DNA from: an uncultured Fibrobacterota bacterium
Lineage (GTDB): Bacteria > Fibrobacterota > Chitinivibrionia > Chitinivibrionales > FEN-1185
Direction of reading: 5' to 3'
Length of the DNA: 64,000 bases
Assembly: GCA_963729895.1 (NCBI GenBank)
Contig: CAVSQB010000001.1
Span: 33,868-97,867 of the forward strand
Numbering within the stretch: the first letter of the stretch is position 1; each line of letters opens with the position of its first letter. Positions 1 to 7,997 of this stretch are shown piece by piece. The notes beneath the pieces are model-generated. The model saw nothing but the letters and a program-made list of their open reading frames with translations. It did no database searches and had not been told where the DNA came from. A program made the position numbers and the translations under genes.

Positions 1-56
1 ACCCAGTCGCCCGTGAGCGGATTGAACCTCGTATGCGGAAAATCTGAGAGGTTCAT
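1..56 (-). CDS. galT: Galactose-1-phosphate uridylyltransferase, N-terminus only (runs off the window)
   Basis: Manual translation of the minus strand from ATG at 56 gives MNLSDFPHTRFNPLTGDWV, matching the GalT N-terminal HxRxNPLTGxW motif. Confidence 0.8.
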   Translation of the reverse strand, partial: MNLSDFPHTRFNPLTGDW

Positions 57-60
57 TTCG

Positions 61-1095
61 TCAATTGCTCTTGCAGCAGCGCAGCCCGATGGTGGGCTTT
101 GCCTCGCCTCCGACACCCGGGGAAACGGTTTGGCATTTCGATACGGGACCGCCCATGGCAGCCATGGCGCCATTTGTCGACGTGACCCACTCCCAGACAT
201 TGCCCGTCATATCGATAGCACCGAACTTGCTGATGCATTTGTTCCTCGCGCCCGACGGCTCCGGGGTCCTGCTGTCCGTATTGCAGTTTTCCTTTTCCAT
301 GTTGATGCCGTAGGGATAGGCATACCCTTCCAGCCCGCTGCACGCCCACCGCCATTCCTGGGCCGTGCACAGCCGCTTTCCCGTCTTCTCGCAGAGTTTC
401 TGCGCGTCCTCGAACGAGACCTCCACTTGAGGGACCGCTCCCTGTTTGTCAGGATATTCGTACCTGTCGATGCACACCTTGAAGAAAGGCCTGTTGGACT
501 TTCCCGGCGGAAGGTCGACAAGCACCATGTCCGGCGGACAAAACAACGGCTTCGCATATTTCTGGATCTCGTCTTCTTCCGGGTTCTCCGTGCTATGCCG
601 AAGCATCCGGATCACCTGGTCGAAGGTGTACGACGTTTGAGAATTATCGAGATTCTGGACAGTGACCCGCAGATTGTCTTCCTTGATGATCTTCCCGACA
701 ATAGTCAGGTTTTCCTTCGGCCTGCCGTAATCATCGCTTTCCGGGTTCTTTACAATGAGCGTGTCGTACACCGCCGGCGCGACCGGAGCGGGCGCAGCGG
801 CCTTCTTCTCCGGAACCACAGCCCCGGCCTGCTCCGCGGTTTTCTGGGGCGGTGGAGCCAGCAACTGATATTCGGAAATGAGCGTCGGGGCAAACGCGTA
901 GGCGCTGCCTTTGCAGTCGAGGATGAGTGACGTGTCGTTCTTCGAATCCACAACACCCTCGAGTACATCGCCGGTGGTTAGGGTCATACGGTACGTTGCG
1001 CCTACCGTGAAATCATCGAGTGTTACACCCGCGAATGCCACGAATGAGCATGCAAGAATGAACAGGAAACCTCTCAATGCCTTTCTCCGTTCCAT
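61..1095 (-). CDS. Secreted SUMF1/FGE-sulfatase (C-type lectin fold) domain protein
   Basis: Signal peptide; motifs CPPDMV, CIDRYEYP, KRLCTAQEW, FGAIDMTGNVWEW, IGLRCC. Confidence 0.85.
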   Translation of the reverse strand: MERRKALRGFLFILACSFVAFAGVTLDDFTVGATYRMTLTTGDVLEGVVDSKNDTSLILDCKGSAYAFAPTLISEYQLLAPPPQKTAEQAGAVVPEKKAAAPAPVAPAVYDTLIVKNPESDDYGRPKENLTIVGKIIKEDNLRVTVQNLDNSQTSYTFDQVIRMLRHSTENPEEDEIQKYAKPLFCPPDMVLVDLPPGKSNRPFFKVCIDRYEYPDKQGAVPQVEVSFEDAQKLCEKTGKRLCTAQEWRWACSGLEGYAYPYGINMEKENCNTDSRTPEPSGARNKCISKFGAIDMTGNVWEWVTSTNGAMAAMGGPVSKCQTVSPGVGGEAKPTIGLRCCKSN

Positions 1096-1258
1096 AAGAA
1101 TCTCCTCGCGCCGTTTTCGGGCGCCGCGCCAAAGAAAACAAAGGCCTGGTGGATCATGTAAATATGCAAAAAGGGTGCGGCAACTTCAAAGGGAAATTGC
1201 AGAGTTGTGTGATGACGATATCGTGAGGTCTCGCTGGAGGACCTCCGGGCGTGCGGGA

Positions 1259-1287
1259 GTAAACAACCACGGCCGCAGGCCGTGGTC
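1259..1287 (+). repeat. Palindrome resembling an IS200/IS605-family terminal hairpin
   Basis: GTAAACA-ACCACGGCC-GCA-GGCCGTGGT, a perfect 9-bp stem preceded by a GTxAAC-like motif. Confidence 0.5.
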
Positions 1288-1363
1288 CACGCCTGAAAAT
1301 CTAGAAGGGTTTTCCGCTAATCTTTTGCGCAGGCAATGAATCAATGTCGGCACGAAGAGCGCC

Positions 1364-3352
1364 TTATCCTCTTTTGGTTACCCTGTTCACGATTCTCTTT
1401 AATTTCTTGGCCGAAAAATACCATTCGAGCGTCCCCTTGCCCGCTTCGATCTTTTGCGCAAAGGAAATGCAGCAGGCGGATGCCCTTGCAAACTCGGTGG
1501 GTCTCCCGGCGCCGGGTCTCAGAAGCGCTCTTGACAATTGATCGAGATGCGGCATGTGTCCAACGCAAACGCATGTTTTGACGCGCACGCCCGCCAGCCA
1601 GGCAAGCGTGCCGTTGGTGTCCGCCTCGGGCAGAAGGCAGTGTTTCCTGGTGACCGGCGCAGAGAAGGAGAACGCCTGGGCAAGGAACGCGGCGGTGTCG
1701 AGGGCGCGGGGAAGCGGGCTCGAAGCAATAAGATCGGGCCGGCATTGCAGAAGGGCAAGGGCCCTTCCTGAGGTTTGGGCTTCCCGTATGCCGTGCTCGC
1801 CGAGGGCGCGTTTGTTACCGCCGGCGTCTGCGGATGCCGTGGCATGACGCACTAGATAGCAGTAGATAACGCCTTTCCTTGCTTCATGCGACAGCGCGGT
1901 GGCGGCAAAGAGCATCGGGGATGAGCGCAGCGAACGCCATGCCCGCTGGAAACGGGCCAGAAGTGCGCGTTTGTTCGCCTGAACGATCCTCAGGAGGTGC
2001 TGGGTAACGCCCGAATCCCGCGGATCGAGCCGCGCAATCGCCATGTCTGCGTCGTGCAGGTCTCCCAGAATGTCGGCCAGCGCATTGAAGTGTTTGGCAA
2101 ACAGGCCTGCAGGCTGACCAAGCGCCGGTTCGGAGAATTCAGACCAGTAGCGCGCCCTTCTGCACAATTTACGCAGGCGGTGCATTTCCTTTACATCGTA
2201 CTTTTTCTTCATGCCGGGCCGTGACAACACCTCAAAGTAGATAGACGCGAGTTTGCGCGCCGCGTGCGGTTCGAGCGGATGCGCGTCTTTCATCATTTTC
2301 TGAGGCAGTTCGACCCGCAGGAACCGGTTGATGTCTCGCATGAGCGAGGCATAGTCCGGATTGGTGAGCAGCTTGCGAAGTGTGCGTCTGTCGTTCTTTA
2401 TCAGTCGCGATTGCAAAGCATGAAAATGCACGAAATCGATGTTGCCGCGGAAGGCTTCGGAAACTTGTTGGGACGAAAGAAAGCGCAGCCAGACGTCGTT
2501 GTCGCGGATTGGACTCAACGCAAGGCCCAGCAGGGCGAGCTTTTCGTCGATGATGCGGCACGAGGACGATGGGAGGAACTGGTTAAAAAGGCGAAGCGCG
2601 GCGCGAAACCGCCTCATGGCTACCCTTCCGTCGTGCAGCGGCTCTTCGGTTTCTGCCGACAGCATGCCCCGATAGTTCTCCGAAACAATGCGAAGGTGCA
2701 AGTACAAGAGCCTGCGGGCAGCTTCGAGCGCGCGGTCTTTCGGGTGCACGATCCCCGAAAATTTTGAAGTCTCAAGCGTCCCGGAGGCATCCACAATCTT
2801 TATCTCCTTGTGGAATACCCTTCTCCAAAGATCCGCCTTTGCCTGGGCCCAGGCAATGTTGGCGCGGTACCCGGGGCTGGCAGCCGAGAGAAGGAACCCG
2901 CCGCCCAGCTGCTTTACGGAAATGATGGACAGGTTCTGCAGGTGACCGTGATCGAGCCCGTCGGCGATCCGCAGGATGGCGCCGAGCCACAAAGCCGTTT
3001 CCTTGTTCGCAAGCCTTCCAAAACGCGGAATGGCATACGCCTTGGTGTAGTCTCTCCGGTGCAGCAGAATTACCGCGGCAATGCTCTCACCCTGCTCGTC
3101 GGTAAAACCTGCCAAGCCCTTGCTTGCAACTATTGAGCTACCGGCCGCCTGATGGTCGGCGGGATTTTCGCAATACCCGACGTCGTGCAGAAGTGCAGCT
3201 GCTCTCAAAACGGGACGAAGGGATGGCGGCATCCGCAAATGGGGGTACACGGCATCGAAAATCTGGAGCGAAAGCCGGGCGACGAATTGCGAATGGACAT
3301 CTTCGTTTTTGTGTTCTTTGCACAATGATTCGATTGTCGGTTTTCTGGACAT
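1364..3352 (-). CDS. HD domain (Ppx C-terminal-like) + CHAD + SixA-like histidine phosphatase fusion
   Basis: ALLHDVG and LRIADGLD (HD); LHDGRVAMRRFRAAL, HRLRKLCRRARY, LGDLHD (CHAD); YLVRHA, SSPLPRALDTA, VGHMP (SixA-like); directly downstream of ppk1. Confidence 0.85.
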   Translation of the reverse strand: MSRKPTIESLCKEHKNEDVHSQFVARLSLQIFDAVYPHLRMPPSLRPVLRAAALLHDVGYCENPADHQAAGSSIVASKGLAGFTDEQGESIAAVILLHRRDYTKAYAIPRFGRLANKETALWLGAILRIADGLDHGHLQNLSIISVKQLGGGFLLSAASPGYRANIAWAQAKADLWRRVFHKEIKIVDASGTLETSKFSGIVHPKDRALEAARRLLYLHLRIVSENYRGMLSAETEEPLHDGRVAMRRFRAALRLFNQFLPSSSCRIIDEKLALLGLALSPIRDNDVWLRFLSSQQVSEAFRGNIDFVHFHALQSRLIKNDRRTLRKLLTNPDYASLMRDINRFLRVELPQKMMKDAHPLEPHAARKLASIYFEVLSRPGMKKKYDVKEMHRLRKLCRRARYWSEFSEPALGQPAGLFAKHFNALADILGDLHDADMAIARLDPRDSGVTQHLLRIVQANKRALLARFQRAWRSLRSSPMLFAATALSHEARKGVIYCYLVRHATASADAGGNKRALGEHGIREAQTSGRALALLQCRPDLIASSPLPRALDTAAFLAQAFSFSAPVTRKHCLLPEADTNGTLAWLAGVRVKTCVCVGHMPHLDQLSRALLRPGAGRPTEFARASACCISFAQKIEAGKGTLEWYFSAKKLKRIVNRVTKRG

Positions 3353-3358
3353 AACGAG

Positions 3359-5491
3359 CTATTTTCTTTGTTTTGCCGGTTTATGGGTCTCAAACATAGT
3401 CCTTTTCATGCGTTTTGCACGGTCCGACTTCTCGCACACTTCATCGTAGAATGCGGCATGGCAGTTGAAGTCTTTCCTTGAACCGGTGTTGTCGGAAAGC
3501 TTTTCCCACGCGCCGTCGGCACGCAGGCGCCATGAATTCGCCGTGTCTTTGAAGCACAGGTCAAGAATGTGCATGAGCCTGGCGCGGGAATCCCTGTCGT
3601 CCACCGGGGTGAGAAGCTCTATGCGCTTGTCAAGATTCCTCTGCATCCAATCCGCGGTGCAAATGAAGACCTTGTCTTTGCCGCCGTTTCCGAAACGCCA
3701 TATCCTGGCGTGTTCGAGGAACCGGCCGACAATGCTGTGGACAACGATGGTTTCGCTGAGCCCTTTGACGCCCGGCCGCAGGCAGCATATTCCCCGCACA
3801 TTGAGGCTTATTTTTACTCCTGCCTGTGATGCCGCGTATAATGCCTTGATGATGTCCGGATGAGTGAGCGAATTCATTTTTGCCTGAATGGACCCTCTTT
3901 GACCCTGCAGGCATCGCTCGGTTTCAGCCTCAATGAGTGAGATAACGCGCTCCTTGAGGCCGAGGGGCGCGGCCTCAATCTTCCGGTATTTCTGCGCCTG
4001 AGTATTGCCGGTGATGGAATTGAAAAATGCTGAGGCATCCGCGCCCAGGTCTTCGTTGCACGTGAGGTAAGAAGCGTCGCTGTAAATAGTGGCGGTTATT
4101 TCGTTATAATTGCCTGTCCCGAAGTGCATATAACGGCGTAATCCGTTCGGCTCTCTTCTGATCGCGATAAACACCTTGGCATGCGTCTTGAGGCCTTTTA
4201 CCCCGTAGATCACCTGCACGCCGGCGTCTTCGAGCTCGGTTGCCCATTCGATGTTGCGTTCCTCGTCGAACCTCGCCTTGAGTTCCACGATGGCGGTAAC
4301 ATATTTGCCGGCGGCGGCCGCCTCTGCGAGCGCGGCGACCATCGGACTCTTTTTGCTTGTTCTGTACAGGGTCTGCTTGATTGCCACCACCTGCGGGTCC
4401 CGGGCCGCCTCCTGGACAAAACGGAGAACCGGATCAAAACTTTCGTACGGGTGGACCAGGAGAACATCCCGTTTGGCAATGATGTCGAACATCGATGGCA
4501 CACTCTTGAGATACGGGGGCGTCCGTGCCGGCCAGGGCTTGTACTTGAGCTTGTCGTAGCCCGAGAGCTCGGTAAGGCGCATGAAAGCGGACACGTCGAG
4601 CGGGCCGTTCGCACGGTACACCGCGTTTTCCGGCGCATCGAGGAACGCGGCAAGCGCCGACTCCATGCCCTGCGAGGCAGTGCCGTCCAGTTCGAGACGC
4701 ACGCAATCGCTGCGCTTGCGTGCGTCGATTACCGATTCCATCTCCGCAACAAGGTCCTCCGCACCGTCCTCCCTGAGCGACACGTCCGCGTTTCGCGTGA
4801 CGCGGAATCTGGCGATGTCGGAGATGGTTTCGCCCGGAAAGAACCTGCTTGCAAACGAGGCAATCAGGTCTTCAACGAGCACAAAATGGTACCCTCCCTC
4901 GGACGGCAGCGTAATAAACCGTCCGAGGGATTTACCAATAGGAATAATGGCAAGCCTCCGCAGCGGATGGCCCTTTCGGGTCGCTCCGGCGGGGGAGTTC
5001 AGGTGTACGGCCACATACAGCATTCGATTGACAAGCAGGGGGTTCTGCGGGAGATTGGAGAGCGCCATGGGAGACAGTACAGGGGCTATTTCGTTATCAA
5101 ACACATAGTCCGCGTGTCTGCTTTGCTCGCCCGTGAGTTCGTGAGGCAACAGCCTGCGGACGCCGGACGCCGCCAGCAGCCTTTCGAGGTCGGAGAAGCA
5201 CCGGTACTGATCCGCCACCATGACGGTGGTGCGCCGGTGTATCGCCTCCAGTTGTTCCGACGGCCGCATGCCGGCCGGGTCTTTTTTGGAGTCGTTTTTC
5301 TTCGAAAGTATTTGCAGGCCGCCCACCCGCACCATAAAGAACTCGTCGAGGTTGGAGCCGGTAATGGCGAGGAATTTCAGCCGTTCGAGGACCGGCAGGG
5401 ACGCGTCGCGGGCGCATTGCAGAACACGATCGTTGAATTCGAGCCAGCTCAGTTCGCGGTTGATGGAATCGGTCTTGGGTATGGTAGACAT
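3359..5491 (-). CDS. ppk1: Polyphosphate kinase 1
   Basis: INRELSWLEFNDRVL, NLDEFFMVRV, HPYESF, IKQTLYRT, ELKARFDEERNI, KTHAK, RFLEHARI; start placed at MSTIPK (the ORF extends to 5521). Confidence 0.97.
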   Translation of the reverse strand: MSTIPKTDSINRELSWLEFNDRVLQCARDASLPVLERLKFLAITGSNLDEFFMVRVGGLQILSKKNDSKKDPAGMRPSEQLEAIHRRTTVMVADQYRCFSDLERLLAASGVRRLLPHELTGEQSRHADYVFDNEIAPVLSPMALSNLPQNPLLVNRMLYVAVHLNSPAGATRKGHPLRRLAIIPIGKSLGRFITLPSEGGYHFVLVEDLIASFASRFFPGETISDIARFRVTRNADVSLREDGAEDLVAEMESVIDARKRSDCVRLELDGTASQGMESALAAFLDAPENAVYRANGPLDVSAFMRLTELSGYDKLKYKPWPARTPPYLKSVPSMFDIIAKRDVLLVHPYESFDPVLRFVQEAARDPQVVAIKQTLYRTSKKSPMVAALAEAAAAGKYVTAIVELKARFDEERNIEWATELEDAGVQVIYGVKGLKTHAKVFIAIRREPNGLRRYMHFGTGNYNEITATIYSDASYLTCNEDLGADASAFFNSITGNTQAQKYRKIEAAPLGLKERVISLIEAETERCLQGQRGSIQAKMNSLTHPDIIKALYAASQAGVKISLNVRGICCLRPGVKGLSETIVVHSIVGRFLEHARIWRFGNGGKDKVFICTADWMQRNLDKRIELLTPVDDRDSRARLMHILDLCFKDTANSWRLRADGAWEKLSDNTGSRKDFNCHAAFYDEVCEKSDRAKRMKRTMFETHKPAKQRK

Positions 5492-5492
5492 A

Positions 5493-7073
5493 CTAGAATT
5501 GGGACGCTCCTTTTTTCTCAACCACCGGCGTCATGCCGTACACTTCCTCAAACATGTCGCCTTTATTCTGGAGCGCAACCTGTTCGAGAGCGAGATCGTC
5601 AACGTGAGGGACCGCAATCACGTATCTGTCCTTCTCCCTGGCGCATCGGATCCCCGCGATCCGCTGGCTGTGCGAACGGTCGAGCGCATCGGCGACCCGA
5701 AGGATGGCGGCAAGTTTTGCAACGGTGAGCCGCGCCTCCCGGTCGAGCCCGGCATATTCCTGGTGCAAAGCCTTTGGCGTGGCGCGCCGGTGGTATCTGG
5801 TGATGAGCGCCACAAGAAGGATATCCCGCCGGGAAAGCCCGAACAACTCGCTGTTCTGAACAAGATACATCGAGTGTTTGTGATGGCTCCGCGGGTTGAT
5901 AAAGATGCCTATGTCGTGGAGAATGCCGGCAACGGTGAGCAGCAGTTTGTGCCATGGGCCGCACTGGTGTTCTTCGGCAAGGCTCGAAAACAGTTCCCCG
6001 GCAAGCGAGGTTACGTGCCGTGCGTGGGCCTCGTCGCACTTATACTTTCTGGCGATTTCCCAGGCAGACCGGATCACTTGGCGCGCGAAATCTTCGCCCG
6101 GCGGCTCGCTCCTCGCCATTTCGATGAGGATGCCGTGGCGCATCGAGATGTCGGACGCGATGACACTCTTGAGCGAGAACGCCCGGCCGAGCATGCAGTA
6201 AAAAAGCAACGACGGCGCAAGGGTCTCGGCATCGGGAAAGGACATCTTGTATTTTCGCACGCAGTCGTTGACGGAAAGCGTTATCACCTCTTCTGTGAAG
6301 GTCTCCAGCGCACCGAGCGGAAGACGGGCCGGAAGCAGGGGATTGTAGTCGGGAATAAGCCGGTTTGCGGCGAATCGGACGTCGCCGCCCAAGGCAGTCA
6401 TGTTCCTGATGGTCGAGGCGGGAATGCTGTGGAGGATCTGCGTGATGGTCCGCTTTATTTCGCTTACCATAAGCGCGCGCTGACGTGAAACGGGCGCATT
6501 GAATTTCTCCAGCATTTCGCGGAGCCGCAACGCGCCGAGCTTGAACGAGTGGGTGGCGACGATGTTGCCCTTTGCAAGAAGCAGCATCTCGGTGCTGCCC
6601 CCGCCCATTTCGCACACCACCACCTGTCCGCGGGACAAAGAGGCGTCTCTAGACAAAAGCGAACGAGCGGACAGGTAGGTGAGCCGGGTCACGTCCCTGT
6701 CGTCCAGGATTTCCACCCGGATCCCCGTGGCAATATACATGCGGTCGATGAACGCATCCCTGTTTCCGGCTTCCCGCACCGCGGTGGTCGCTACGGCTTT
6801 GATACGATCGTCCTGCGTTATGCCGTACTCCTCGAGCACCCGCCTGAAGTTTTTGAGCGTTCGGACGCATTCTTCGATGGTCCCTTTTTCGATATTCCCC
6901 TTTGTGAAAGTATCCTTGCCGAGGCTCACGCCTTGCTGAAGGAATTCCAGGGAATGCGAAATGCCGCTTGGATCGACCTGGGCGACGGTCATGCGGATCG
7001 AGGTGGTGCCGATGTCGATTACCGCAATAGGATTTGAGGTTGCCACGGCGTGAACGGGGGTATTTTTCTTCAT
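5493..7073 (-). CDS. ppx: Exopolyphosphatase Ppx/GppA with C-terminal HD domain
   Basis: AVIDIGTTSIR, ATTAVREA, EMGGGSTE, LHDIG...HHKHS, LRVADALD. Confidence 0.93.
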   Translation of the reverse strand: MKKNTPVHAVATSNPIAVIDIGTTSIRMTVAQVDPSGISHSLEFLQQGVSLGKDTFTKGNIEKGTIEECVRTLKNFRRVLEEYGITQDDRIKAVATTAVREAGNRDAFIDRMYIATGIRVEILDDRDVTRLTYLSARSLLSRDASLSRGQVVVCEMGGGSTEMLLLAKGNIVATHSFKLGALRLREMLEKFNAPVSRQRALMVSEIKRTITQILHSIPASTIRNMTALGGDVRFAANRLIPDYNPLLPARLPLGALETFTEEVITLSVNDCVRKYKMSFPDAETLAPSLLFYCMLGRAFSLKSVIASDISMRHGILIEMARSEPPGEDFARQVIRSAWEIARKYKCDEAHARHVTSLAGELFSSLAEEHQCGPWHKLLLTVAGILHDIGIFINPRSHHKHSMYLVQNSELFGLSRRDILLVALITRYHRRATPKALHQEYAGLDREARLTVAKLAAILRVADALDRSHSQRIAGIRCAREKDRYVIAVPHVDDLALEQVALQNKGDMFEEVYGMTPVVEKKGASQF

Positions 7074-7216
7074 GGTTCCTAAATATAGTAAAGGATGAAC
7101 CGCGGATGGACGTTTAAGGTTGCGCTAACGGAATGCTCACATTCGGACAAGGATCTTTTGAGTAAAGGGGAACGCGTACCGTGCGGGCCAATGCAGCGGC
7201 TGTCGGTCGTTGGCCG

Positions 7217-7981
7217 TCAGTTTTTCTTCCGGGACTTCTTCACCGCGACGGCGATTTCTCGCATCACGTCAAGCCCGCCCGGCGACTGCACCAGGTTGCC
7301 GGTGACGACAATGTCCGCTCCCGCCCGGATCTTTGCCAGCGCGGTTGCCGCGTCGCGTATGCCGCCGCCCACGATCACGGGGATCTCCACAACCGACTTC
7401 ACCAGGGAAATCATTTCGTCGGGAACGGGATGCAGCGCGCCGCTGCCGGCCTCGAGGTAGACAAGTTTCATTCCCATATACTGGGCCGCCAGCGCATGCG
7501 CGGCCGCGATCCTGGGTTTGTTGCGCGGAAGAGGGCGCGTATTACTCATAAATTCGACCGAGGTAACGGTGCCCGACTCAACAAGCATGTAGGCGGTTGA
7601 AATCGGCTCGATCCCGAGCTGCTTGATGAGCGGTGCGGCTTTTACGTGCTCGCTTATCAGGTTGACGGGGTTTCTTCCGGAAATAAGCGAAAGATACAGA
7701 AGGGCGTCGGCGTGGCGCGAAAGTTGGGTTGCATCCCCCGGAAACAGGATAACGGGAAGCCGGACGACATTTTTTACAGATGCGACAAAGGCGTCGAACT
7801 GGTCGGTATGAACGAGGCTGCCCCCCACCAGCAGGGCATCGACGCCCGCAGCCTGGGCTTTCTTTGCGATCGACGTCCCTTGTTTGGGCGAAAAATCGTC
7901 CGGGTCAAGAAGTACCCAGTACGAGGCTTTCCCGGACGCCGCGGCACGGAGGATTGTCGAAAAAACGGTTCGATTTTTCAT
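7217..7981 (-). CDS. Geranylgeranylglyceryl phosphate synthase family protein (group II-like)
   Basis: LLDPDD, LVGGS, PVILFPG, ADALLYLSLISGRNP, YLEAGSGA, VGGGIR; start placed at MKNRTV after a GAGGG RBS. Confidence 0.9.
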   Translation of the reverse strand: MKNRTVFSTILRAAASGKASYWVLLDPDDFSPKQGTSIAKKAQAAGVDALLVGGSLVHTDQFDAFVASVKNVVRLPVILFPGDATQLSRHADALLYLSLISGRNPVNLISEHVKAAPLIKQLGIEPISTAYMLVESGTVTSVEFMSNTRPLPRNKPRIAAAHALAAQYMGMKLVYLEAGSGALHPVPDEMISLVKSVVEIPVIVGGGIRDAATALAKIRAGADIVVTGNLVQSPGGLDVMREIAVAVKKSRKKN

Positions 7982-7997
7982 TGCGCCCTCGCTGGTG

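Noticed and set aside
4181..6488. Long plus-strand ORFs (515 and 422 aa) and similar ones, e.g. 39447-40667 and 42511-43698
   Set aside because: They are antisense shadows of well-supported genes in GC-rich DNA, with no recognisable motifs.
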